A DNA stretch of 64,000 nucleotides, taken from positions 4,847,628-4,911,627 of the forward strand of contig OZ037771.1 of assembly GCA_964035545.1 (NCBI GenBank), written 5' to 3'. Position numbers and translations under genes: made by a program. The notes under the pieces are model-generated. The model did no database searches, was not told the DNA's origin, and saw nothing but the letters and a program-made list of their open reading frames with translations. Positions within the stretch are counted from its first letter, which is position 1. Each line of letters starts with the position of its first letter. The stretch comes from Bugula neritina. Taxonomy: Eukaryota; Animalia; Bryozoa. Below, piece by piece: positions 50,864-64,000 of this stretch.

Positions 50864-53800
50864 TTCAAATCAACTGAATAATATTACTTTTGCTTAATCA
50901 TAAATTTTTAAAATAGGAGAATAAAAAGCGCTTAATTCCTAAAGTTTTCACACAATTTTTGTTTGTTAAAGTAAGAATTTGAAGAAAATAAAATTCTTTG
51001 AACTTAGATGAAGCAATTAATTTCCTTTATGCTGGTGATTGCTTATAAAATACTTTCAAGCTGGTATGTGATATATGACTAGCTCATTTCATTATTAGCA
51101 TATAATACCAAAACAATAACATTTACCAGATATTTCAACATAGTATACTATTTGGTGGATTAGTGACAAACAAAAGACATGAAACTTTTCCAATCTTTGA
51201 CGAACATATCTTTGCCCAATTGAACTAGTATTACCATTACTTAACATTCAATTAACCTTTACATACAACCATTACCTATAGCCTAACCTTTACTTGTAAC
51301 CTAGCTTTCACTCAACTATAAGCAGAGATTTTGTTTCTGTTTACTGTATAGAAAAGAATTGCAAAAGCTTTTTACTGCTGCAAATGTTTCAATTTGTTAA
51401 CCTCAAGACAAACAAATCTAACAAAACATGAGCCACAAGTTGCTTGCAGTTTATCTTATCAAATTACAGCCACTCATGTGTGAGCTAACATACAGCATTG
51501 CTTTTCAAGGTAGAGGTTTTACCTGGGCTTTATGTCAAGTTCAAACTAATGAAATTGTTATGCCAAATAATTCAAAACATATTATGTAGGTCACTTTTTA
51601 CCTTTTGCTGGCAGACATTTAAAGTAAGAGCGTTTGATATATTGATCTATTACTCTAGTATTGGTATAAATCAATATCATAATAATATGCAGACATATTT
51701 AAATTTGGAACATTTTTGTGGTCTGATTGCAATGGGCTGCAAGTAATTAATTAATTTTGCCTTCAATATATCAAAACATATTTAATTTATTTCAGTTGGT
51801 GGCTCAGACTCAGTATTATAGCATAATGGTAGACTAGCTACATGTCAGCTACTTACCTTTTCTCTAGCTTTAATTTCTTTTCCAACGAATCGTCATACAT
51901 TATTTATGAACTTAATTATATTCAATATGGCACCAGTATCCAGGTCTGTAAAAAAATGCATAGTCTACAGCAAAATGTGAGTGTCTACTACTTTAATACT
52001 ATAAGTAAACCCCATACGAAATTGCAGCCTTTTCCAGTCACTTAAACTACGCTTAGACATCAGTTCACAATAATCAGCAGAAAATCTTATAAATAGCATT
52101 ATAGTTGTAAAGTTTGAGAGCTCCAAACTAAATGACCCGCAAAAGAACAAAGTTGTAGGTTGAACTAAGACTAAAGTTGAGTAGCATAATAACTAACACA
52201 CCATATCACATGGTATATTAGTCTATAATTTTCTGTTAACCAAACAGCAACAGTTGCTGTTTGCTAGGTTGATTGTAGAGAAGACAGGATAGATTACAGT
52301 GATAAAACCTGATAAAAGTTGATAATGTACATATGTACTAGTTTAACAAAATTTAAAATTGTTCCTAGTAATGAATATTCACTTTACCTCAGTTAGTTTA
52401 ATCCTCACTCCAATGCACAAGAAATAAAACAGCACAAGATTGGCAATAGATGTTATAGGCTAGTGAAGTTGAATATATTTATGCATCTGGTTAAATCTTA
52501 TGACAAATACTTTTCTGAGAGCTCTGTGTATACTATCACTCAAGACTGAGATCAAACAATGTTGCAACTTACACATATAATTATTATCAGACGTGTTACA
52601 AGCAGACGTACAGTGTAGGTATTGAAATATGCAAATAAATGAACAAGGTTTGCCATCAGCTATAAATATGAATATTTATGATAATGAAGTAAAATTCCAA
52701 ATTCCCTCAACTTGCCTTCACACATTGTGATCTTTTTCGTTCCAACAATATATTATGCGTTTAGTAATATACATGTTTTGGGTTAAAGTGTACTTACCTG
52801 TTTGGACTATGTCAATATGCACCTGGGGTATATACTTACTCACCTGAGGTGTGTTGTTACTTAACTTAAGTCTCTTACTTGAGATTATCTTTCGATATTG
52901 AGCTGTAGTGTTACGTACCTGAGGTATATCATTATGTACCTAAAGTATACTTCTAAGTATCTTAGGTACAATGTTGCTTACATAAGATACATATATAGTT
53001 AATACCTGAAGCATATTGTTATGCATGCATCTACCTGAGGTACTTCATTAGGTACTTAAAGTATATCGTTAAGTATTTGGGGTATATTATCACCCACCTG
53101 AAGGATGTCCAACGTACTTTTACTTATGATGTTCTCTCTTCTTATCCAGTATTTGTTCTCTAAATCATGTGATCAATAGTAGTTGTTGGACCAATAAACC
53201 CACAATACCGTCTCATATGAGCCACTAGCAAGACCTCTAATCTACCAGCCACTCTCTACTTACCAGCCCAGCTTGCTGTGTGTTAACTGCTAGTTGGGAA
53301 ATAATGCCCTTTTGAATATGACAAGCGGAGATCTTAGCTTTGAATATTTATGCAGGGCGTGTTCTTATATTTGCCGGTTTAGATCACAGACTTCTACTGT
53401 GGTCTCTGGCTATAACTATATAGTATGATGATTAATATGCCTTGTGATGGGATGTGTCTGTCTGTCTGTCTGTTCTAGAATGCTGATAGATCTCTGTTTG
53501 AAGGTATCAGTGGTCTTTAAGAATTTCCATATTAGGGCATGTTGTATATAATGTACTATATATTATATATTACATATTATACATCATATATTATATATTA
53601 AACATTATATATTATAGCCCTATACTATACATTATATATTGTGTATGTGTATTATATGTTGTATATATTATACATTATAGGCCATACTATATACTATATA
53701 TTATATACTATATATTATATACTACATATAATATATTAAATATTATATATTATATGCTACATTATTCAGTTGAGCATTTAATATAAAAAATTATTGACAT

Positions 53801-55533
53801 ATCATTTTTGTGTTCTCCCAGTTCATACCCATCTTCTTCCACAAGTAATTTGTTACAATAATCATGGCAAACCATTAAGTTGTACATTGACCCCGGGCTT
53901 ATTGGTTTTTAATCATACAGATGCATGAAGTAAATAATACTGCATAAAGCTGAGGGTAAAGAGAAGTTACGGTGGATGCACATTGCACACACAGGGTAAA
54001 TATTCACTTCACTTTGAACAGCAATGCAGTGTTAGTCCCCAGTCCCACATAGAAATAGCCCAAAAACTATCTTGGAAATAAAATGTTACTATACCTGCGT
54101 AAAACAATTTTTCCCAAAACCAGAACTTGATTCAAAATTTCCTTTCTGATGTCCAACAGACACAAAGTTTAAAAACCAAACAGTCTGTTGTCCTGGCTGA
54201 CATAAGGGATGCGGTCATGGAGAAATGTAGCAAAAGAAAATATTTTTTCAACAAGAATTTCAATCTGCGCTTAAATCAACACATGATTAGAAAAATTAAA
54301 GAGCTTTGGCTATTGAAACCACTCTGTTACTGCACTACAACGCATCAAAAGTGTGATTATTAGCTTTGCAGTTTACATGCCGGATCTATCAGCTGACTAC
54401 CAGAACAGGACGGAGTAGAGATAAGTGAGGTGAAGATCTACCAACTGACTAGAACTAAGAGTTCACAGTATTGGACTAGCTCTTTGTGACTGTTTCAGAG
54501 AGTTGTTATATTTTGTATAACACAAAACTATGAAAGTTTTTTTGACGTCATATGAATTTTTACGTGACCTCACTTTCATTTTAAACACAAATACAAATAA
54601 AAGGCAAACCCAGCATAGAAAGACCCATTGAATAAGTTTATACTCTCAATCCATACCCAATACATTCTAATCAACTTTGACAAGTAACGGTCAGATATTA
54701 AATAGACTGGAAAGTAGCGATGCCATGTTCTTATGTTCAATTTTACTTCTTATGTTGGAGTTGTGCATCTTGGCTTATCATTTAGATTAGCATGCTGGTT
54801 TTTAAAAAGTAAAGCTTTCTGAAACTATACCAAAATTTTACATATTATATTATTATATTATAATATATTATATTATATTACATCATATTATGTGTATTTT
54901 ATTGTACTATATGGTTTTCATTGCATTATATTGTATTGAGCATTGCCAGTGCCATATATATATATCGCACTGTATTGGTTTTATATTATACCATAATATT
55001 ATAGAATATTATACGTATTTTGTTATGATATATTATACTATATTTTTTTGTTTTATTACATAATTCTAAGGTGAATCTTTGCTAGTAGATTGAAAATAAT
55101 CAGGCTCATTAGCCATGAACCAAGGTTAGATAACTCTCTAGCCTCGGTTCATGAGCCAATGAAATACTATTTCATGTAAAAATTTTAAACTGCGCAATTT
55201 TCTTTTAATTTTAAAAGCTTCTCTAGTATCAGTGTATGTTTTGCAATTATAATGAAATTGAAATTTAGAATATTATTCAATTGCACAGGTGTGTACACAC
55301 AAGTGTACAATTATTTCACACAAACCATATAGGTAACAATATTTCACACGTATGTTGAGAACATTATCAAATATAACAATATATGTGTATGTATAGTTGT
55401 ATTATTTTAATTTTTTATTGCAAAATATATGTACATTAATAGAAATATAGTATTACCAACAGGTAAAGAGACGCTTTGCCATGTTGGTGTAGATACACAG
55501 TAATATACAGTTATGGCGGTTGATTGTAGAAAC

Positions 55534-58500
55534 TTAGTCTGAAATAATCTCAAATTTAGTTTGTCCTAGTCCATATGATGCTTCATAAACCATATTCTTT
55601 GTGTAGGCTTTACAGGTGATGAAAACTATCATACCTGCAAAGGATATTATTCTATATAGTATTATATAATACATCATACCATATGAGTTTATACAGTGCA
55701 TAATACTATATGTTAGCTTACATTAATCCATGCAGCCTACCATATAATATTGTATAATGCATTATGCTGCATAGTACACACGTTATAACATTATATGGTG
55801 CATTAAATACTTTATATTATTATATAGTTTAATATATGTTATTACTATATAATATTATATTATATATTTCACTCTATAAAATTATACAATACATTGCACT
55901 ATATATTATTATAATATTATTATTATAATTATATAATTTTATATATTATTAGATAATAATATTATTTAATAAAATATGTACTACAAAGTGCTAAATAGTA
56001 CATTATGCTATAATATAATATGCCATACAGTATCTACATCATACTATCTGTATTATAAAGACCAACTAGATTTTCTATGCACGACTAACAATAAAATATA
56101 GTCTACATGTCTAAAGTCTAAAATTAAATTCACTCAATTTTTTACTGCAGTAAAAGTTTCAGTGAATTTAATTTTTGGGCTATAGTAAATAAACTTTATG
56201 GGAATTTACTATCATCCTTTATTTCCATTTTATGCAGCATATAAAAGTTACGTTAAGTTAGTATGTTATAGTAGTTAACTGCTTCAACTATACATATAGC
56301 AATGCAAAGCCTTTTAGGTCGTATTTCAGAATTTCAGATTTGATCAAATTTTGTTGCACGAATGACTGCAAAAAATACTTTCCCAGGCCATTTAGTTCAA
56401 TAATTTTTGATGAATAAAATTTAATAAGCAGTTGTCTCCTCTCTACTGATTTAGTGGTAGAATATTAAGAGAATACATTGTCACTGATATTCACACTTAC
56501 GATGAGGTAAAGACATAAACTGAACAGCCACCAGAGGGGATTTATATCCTTGTTGACCAGTAAAAGGGTAGTAGTCAAAGCTCCACCCCTGTTGGGGGTA
56601 GTACTCGATGTCTCCGAGATTCTCCCGGGATACTGGGTCCTAACAGACAGACAAAGCATATTATTAGCTCACATGATGCTTTGTTACACTTCATGTATTT
56701 ACTCAATTAGGGATTAAAAGTTTGAAATAGTGTTAACCATTTCACAATAATTATCAAAACTGTATTGTTTTATAGTAAAATGTTGTATGATGTTAATGTA
56801 TACTATTATGCAAGTTTTGTTATAAATTTATTTTAGTGCTTTATAAAAATATATGTGGTAAAATTTGCTTGCAGTTATAAAAAATTCATGCTAATTTGAA
56901 AATTTAGAAGCAATTTCATTAATAATTTCAATGATGCAATAAAAAGTTTGTTTTGATTACTTTCCAATCTTCTGTCACATAAAGTTAAAAATGAGTCAAT
57001 TTTCATCAAGCATTATATTTTATTAAGCAATTAAACTCAATTCTTGCCAATACCATGTGAGTGTATATGCCCAAAGTCCTAGTCAAAATTATTAAAAATT
57101 TCTGTTTAGGCTTTTATATATCAGCTAGCACAAAAATATTAGATTGTCAAATTAAGAAGTGCTGTGATAATTCCATCAAGCTGATTGGCTAATGATAGAA
57201 CCTATACAACAAATAAGTACTAGACAAAACTGTGAGTAGATAACTTCTAAGATCACCTGGAGAATTACCAATATATAGGGTACACTGAGAGAAGAGATAA
57301 AATGTAACTTACGGATCCGAAGCACTTGACTGTAATAACATTTGGCTGCCACACATCTTTGATCTCTTCAGGGACTTCATCTATACTTTCATAGTTTTCG
57401 GGAACCCAATTATTCACCTTTGATAAAGATATAAATGAAATCGTTTGTTTGATTATAAATTGAAAATCAAGGTTTTAGAATCATTATTAAACCATAAATC
57501 AAACTATAATGTCCTCCGAGGTATAAACTTAGTGTACTGGTAATATTCTGATATGCAATCTCACTGTTCAGTTAGCAATCAGCAAACGTTTAATAAATGT
57601 TTAATTGCACAAATTGAAATGAATCAAAGTAGTTTTAGTTTATTTTTATTTCATGTTGTTTATATTCTATTTTTATTCCATTTCTACTTTTTATCGCATT
57701 GTATTTTATTTATATTTTGTTTATATAAAATGACTAACTAGTCCTCTTTATACTCAATAACTTGTATCAATTCGAATAAGGATTAACAGAATTTTTATGC
57801 ATTAAACAACTTCAGCTGACTAAAAGTTAGTAGCAGAAGATATTCTAATGATAGCCTTAGTATCCTATACCTTGTTCAGTTTCAGCATAATGCAAGGCTG
57901 GCCGTCACCAAACCCATAGTCATCTTCAAGAACACACGGTCTGATATCATCCAACTTAAACTCACACACTTTCTCTATATCAGGATCTGTTCTCCCTTCA
58001 GTACAGTCTATAAAGTTACCATTCTCTGACGTCCAATATTCTGGCTCATATGCTACAGCATAAATAAATAAATAAATAAATAAGTAAAACAAATATTATC
58101 ATATATATGTGTGTGCGTGCGTGTGATAGTATTTTAATACATTTATAGTTAGAACATTCTACTGCTAACAATTTTATAAGTCTTCTGTATATAAAATGTT
58201 AAAAAATACAGTAAAAAACTACCCGTCAGCTAAAATGTCTCATTTACATTTCATGTAATCTACAAGTATTATTCAGCAGTTATAAAGTTGATAGATAAAA
58301 CAATTTGTTTATGTTAGTTTTTTGCAACTAAAAGTTTTATTCTTACAGCAAGTTGCAATATAAACCTATATAACATCTCGTTATAATGATAATAACATAA
58401 CTAATTATAGTATCTCTAACATACTATATACAATGGTGTATTGAAAGTATATTGTCAACACTTACTATAAATATTATAAGGCATATGCAATGTTGTATCA

Positions 58501-58997
58501 TTGCATAATAAATTATCATTATCTATATTAATCAGTGCAGCATAAAGATTTCCAAACCTGATTAAACTTGGTTTAGTTAGAAAAAGAGACCTTGTCAAGT
58601 ATATACTATATATATGTTACTGCCTGCTATATACTAACATTTACATCAGATGAAAGAGCTTATCTGCAGTATAATCTATAAACTAGACTCTAGAGGCTTT
58701 ATAAGCTGCATACGTACATTTTAGGAAGCTGTCATACATGTATGTAACTATTTCTTGAACTTGGCTATCGTTTGATCGCGAGAATCTTATTAAAGTAGAC
58801 TTTTTATCTTTGCCTATGAGGGGAACATGACTAACTCCTGGATAAAATACAAAGCAACACACGTGTCTAAATATAGCATTATAATATAATATACAGAGTG
58901 ATATAGCATAGTGTAATATATAGCTAAGTAAAACAGACTAGCTCATGTCTCATGTGTATAACTTTTCTTACTGAGAAAAGCAACACACACACACACG

Positions 58998-59030
<33 letters not shown>

Positions 59031-60907
59031 ACAAGCACACGCGCACGCGCACACACACACACACACAAAACACACCAATTAAATGCAGAACACTTGTAGA
59101 TCCACAAGCAAATAATTAACAATTTGTAAAATAGGTGCCCACTCCATGTTACTAAGCAGGCTGGTGTAATAAGTTTATAAGTTGTTCCACAAACATTCCC
59201 TCTCAGTAGTATGAAGCACCTTATTATATCCTATATGATACATTCAACTGTATAGCATCATACAAAATACATAACTTATAATTATATTTTCATTTACCAT
59301 TACTATGTTGTGAATATGGGGTATAGAAATTGTTCGCAGCTTTCAAAGTTGAACAAACTTTCTATAGGGTCTAGTTTAAAGTATACCAATGAGTGAAATA
59401 ATTGATAATTACAATAATTTGTATCAAGTCTGTTTGCTTTTATACATGTGTGTGTGTGTAATGAACTTTCATACTTTAGCATTTTATAGCAAACAAATAA
59501 TCCACTAGGTCTTTATGCATTTTAATTTTGTTTGTTCCCACTGCATAATAATAGGCACCTGGGGTCCAGGCCAGGCCTTCTTCAGGCCCAGAATACTTTG
59601 GACTGTTTAAATCAAGTATAACTCTATCCCATAAGTAGAATAGTCCAAAGAAGAAGCTCAACAGGGCCGTATAAAACACCGAGTAGAAGGCAATGGTTTG
59701 ACCTGTAACAGACAGATATAATATGATCATAATATTATATAATATATTAGACACAGGTATCTATGTGTTTAATATATTACACATAATAAAATATATTTAT
59801 TAATAAAGAGTTCCGAAGCACTAATTATAAACATGCAAATGAATAAAACCCTCTACAAAGTTATAATACCATTTCATAAGAAAAATAATTTATGGCTCAT
59901 ATATTCCTATGTAGATGCAAAAATCAACTGACACGTTATGCAATACCAATGAAGCTGAGAGATTCTATGCATTCATTATTATTGGATATAAAGTGATGCA
60001 TCATATTCTCCTACAATTATTACATTTATGCGGTGTTGACAATAAAATGCTCTAATGACACATACAAACATGCTGCAACATGAGCATATTTTGCAATCTT
60101 TGCACACAAATAAACACCTGCAAACTATAGCAATACGGCACACAGTGTATTGACTGTGGAAATTAGGAATTGTGAAAACTGTTGTTGATGAAGACTCATT
60201 TCTGCCCACCAATAGTCTGTGATATATTATTATTTCACAATGTCAGAATGTTGGAGAGCTGCACATTCTTTGACACATGACGTATTTTATAGAGCAAAAC
60301 TGACAGCCTGTGGTTAGCAGTTAATAAATTAAATTCTTCAAATATCTTTCAGCAGATTTATGACAAATACAAATAATATGTTCATATATTAGAAGTACCA
60401 CGCAGTTTTACTGTAAAAAGCAGTGCATATAACATATAGCCTGTATTCATATGTAGCATAAACACTTGGAAAAACTCGAGCCTATTGTACACCACCCTCA
60501 GCTTATCTTATTTTCATCATTTACAACTGCTACAGAGAAAAATTAGTTATAATGCCAGATAAATTTTGTTAAGCTAAGCATTATATGTTTCAAACCACAA
60601 AAACTGAACATTTTGAAAAAAAAGATAATTTAGTATGTTATATAATAAGCCAAATAAGCAATACATGTAATAATTTAACAAGCATATACCATACTATAAT
60701 TATCATGTCATAATGCGTTATAGAAATTGAAATTATACAATATAATAAATACCCCATCTCAAAGGAGATCTGCCTAAGAATTCATTAGTTTCAGGGTTGT
60801 ATGCATTAGACAAATACTGAAGTGTTTCCTGGACTATTCCAACCATGTCGTTGTTTTTACTGGATCCATTTCTGTAATTCTGTGATTTTGATGCAACAGA
60901 TGGTGCC
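55534..60907 (-). CDS. Na+/K+-ATPase beta-subunit family protein, paralog 2 (~315 aa; first two bases of the CDS lie in an upstream exon)
   Basis: Exons 60907-60753, 59702-59559, 58837-58718, 58052-57871, 57417-57313, 56639-56501, 55634-55534. Phases match paralog 1 and five exon lengths are identical (120/182/105/139/101). Motifs: FLGRSPLRW, IAFYSVFYTALLSFF, DYGFGDGQPCIMLKLNK, YKSPLVAVQF, TCKAYTKNM. Confidence 0.85.
58984..59067. repeat. (CA/CG)n microsatellite
   Basis: Direct reading. Confidence 0.9.
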
Positions 60908-63900
60908 CTAAAATAAGTGCTAATATTTGTATAATAAACAAAATATTATTATATTTTAACTATACATAGCTTAGCCAAGCTATAATAATTTCATGTGAAA
61001 TTATTTCCAAGGGCATTTCAATGTCATAAGATATGTAATGAGTGGTACTATTTATATCATAGGCACTGTAATAACCACTAAGTTGATATAACTAATGTGA
61101 CTCATGAGGGAAAACATTTGTTTATTTGGAGTTGCGACACTTTGGCACAGGTGTCTCCCAACTACTTATAGCTTTCACAGAAATAGTTTGAATTCAATAT
61201 GCTCAAAACATAAAGTAATAGGTTTATTAATATATATAAAATTATACTATGCCGAGGACACTATTTAAAAAGCTTTATAATACAGTTGCTTGTTGATCAT
61301 ATAAAAGTTGTGATATTGTCATAAAGATTGAGGCTAAACGCTTCTATATTTAAGAATTATAGCATATATTATTACAAATGAATTACACAATGACATTATA
61401 AGCTGATATTATATAACTCTATTGCATACAAGGCTATTAAAATATCTGTCAGAGTTTATTTTTTAATTTGAAGATTAAGATTTTGTGTTGCAATAAGATG
61501 AATCATATCAAGGATAAAACTATAGCAGGTAGACGAGAGTGAGAAGGATACAGTTACCACATCTAACCTGCCAAGTCACCATAATTAGGATAGATTAGAG
61601 CCAATATATTTACACAGATTTATAATCCAGTATTTGCACATTGATTAGATTCTGTTATCATGGTTAGACCTAGACATTATACAGATACTCTCTAAATCCT
61701 GTACTATTTGTTTCAAATACAGTTCCTCTAGTTTTTTTAGTTAATATAGTTGAATTGCAAGCTGGTTTCACTGTCCATCTGGAATTAAGTTAATTCCTTA
61801 AAAGTACATATGATTAGGTTATTAAATCTTTTGTTTAATAAATTTTGAATATTATTAATTATTGCAAGTTATTAACATAAACTTAAATTAATAAACATCA
61901 TGCCACGTACATTGATGTTTAATAAGTCAGTACTAATAGTTCTAGCATTAGTAACCATTCTGGTTGCATAAAAATGGTAAGTGTGTTAATAATCTTTTTC
62001 GGTTAGCCATTTTAAATTGTTTTTTAGTCAACATGCATGCATATAATTTATAATACAATATAGTAACATAAAAAATATACTTTTCTCTTATTTGAACTTC
62101 AAAATCAGGTTTTAATAACATTTCAAGATGAGATATTTTGACTTAACCAGTACACCCACCTTTTTCTAACTTCCATAGTTAACCTTTGCAGTAAATCTCT
62201 CTTCAGACTTGGCAGGTCTACAGCACAACATAAACTGATACTCTGATGCTTGCGTTAAACAAAACCTAATAAGTTGCCAAATTTTATTTCAGTGGCAACT
62301 TTCAAATTTTTGATGAAATATGTTGTTTGTCCAATAACTAGAATATACTACATAGAATATCATATATATCATTAATATCAAAGGAGTCATGACACGGGCT
62401 CAATCATAACTTAGTCTAATAAATCTTTTAGAAATAGTTAGAGTTCCCACAAACAAGGATTTCAGCGAACTAAATCTAATGACTGATTCACATTACGTTA
62501 GTGTAATATACCTATTATCATTACAAAATATTTTTGTGTTACATATTAAGTTATGCACAATAATTAACTATATATATTATAGGACATTTATTCTTCTAAT
62601 ATGGCATCTATTATATGTCTCTAATGCCACAACATTGATGTCTATATACAGTTTTTATAGGATTTATAATAGCTCTCTATAATCTGTTATTCCAGCAACT
62701 TTTCTAATTTCAAGAGAACTTATATTTCAAAAAGTTGGTTTGGCAACTACTAGTACTAAGCAGGCGTAGTTCTACCTAATTATATATTGACGGAAAAATA
62801 AGAGAAAATTTAGGAATAAAGTTACTAAACGTTCTTTTAAAATCTAATAGTTGTACCATTTAGATACTGTTCAGTATATAGAACCCTAGGTCTAACTAAT
62901 TGAAAGATTACCACAGTATTATTTATGGCTGTGTAATGACTTATACATGTATCTAAGTATCTAAGTATTAGCTTCTAGTATTTATTTATGTATAATCATT
63001 TATGTAAGTCTTAATCTAATAAAGTTTATAGTTTAATGCATTGAATAGACTGCATTTATGTAAACACACCGTGGTTCAATAATACAGAGGCAGCAGTACA
63101 AGCAGCGTAATACATGCATGTTTTAAACCTGACGAATAAAAGCTTTTATATTCGAAACAAATTCAAGAGTTAAATGTACTGCCCTGCAGTATATCTAGTG
63201 TAAGAAAAAACTTCAGCTGTGTGACAACTGAAACTAAGCTCTCCTTAATAAAAAGAAATGCCACAGAGCTTTGAATCTCATGGTTAGCGTTTCATGTCAA
63301 GAAAACCACTACAAAAAGTGGACTCAATTATTTTCTAGATAAATAAAGAGCTTGGCAGGCCTTCAAGTGGGCCGTCTGCAACTGATAAGTTATAATCGTA
63401 GACTAGATAATTTGATGCTTGCATAGAATAACTGGCAGGTTTCATATCACAAGACTACTTGAAGAAAACTTAATACTTTCTTCTACTGGAAATCAACATA
63501 TTATTTAGTTTTATTTCTTTTTTGTAAACTTAAAGCATAAGTATATTATATGCCCTGTAGTTTTAATTTGCTGCTCTTTTTTCTGTAACTATTTGGTATG
63601 TGCATAATGCTACATGGTAAATAGCTAATATGGATAATGCATGTATAAGGTGTTTAATTTAATACTACAACCCTGCTGCCCAATTAAGGAATACTTTGGT
63701 TAGGCAATAATATAGCAGAAAAATATATAAGTACTGTGTATAGGTAGAGTTTATGTTGGCCGTAGGTAAGTTTAAATTACCTAACATCCAAATCCTCAAG
63801 CTTGTTTTAGACAACGTTAGACAGAGTACACAACTTTCATTATAACACAGGGCTACACATCTTGCTATTAAACCCATATGTGCTAATTTTAGCAGCTAAC

Positions 63901-64000
63901 TATAGTATACTACATACATGCATAAAACATTCAAGTATCACCATACTGTTTTGTTTTAAATTAACATGATTTCAACTAGTAGGTTAGTGTATAGCAAGAT

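Noticed and set aside
61000-64000. Short ORFs at the window end (62479-62682, 63665-63877)
   Set aside because: AT-rich, with no motifs or supporting splice structure; likely 5' intron or upstream region of beta paralog 2.

Overview
AT-rich, intron-dense eukaryotic DNA, consistent with an invertebrate animal; the species cannot be determined from the sequence. The ORF track mostly shows exon fragments, so gene models were assembled by hand from splice sites and reading frame. Genes in order: (1) the 3' part of an ankyrin-repeat gene with a hydrophobic C-terminal tail (+); (2) an 11-exon malate synthase ending in the peroxisomal signal SKL (+), whose last intron holds an intact, apparently very recent Ty3/Gypsy (Mag-like) LTR retrotransposon; (3) an EBP-like gene (-); (4) a 15-hydroxyprostaglandin-dehydrogenase-like SDR (+); (5) importin alpha of the KPNA3/4 type (+); (6,7) two tandem Na+/K+-ATPase beta-subunit paralogs (-). 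Several MITEs, micro- and minisatellites and a decayed LINE fragment are also present. The malate synthase locus is the most interesting: it is an animal peroxisomal glyoxylate enzyme, the exon with its predicted catalytic Arg has a GC donor and a triplicated acceptor, and its SKL exon lies downstream of a fresh retrotransposon. Other observations include a probable gene-conversion tract between the beta paralogs, a split AT|G start codon and an 8x CCAAT-box minisatellite.
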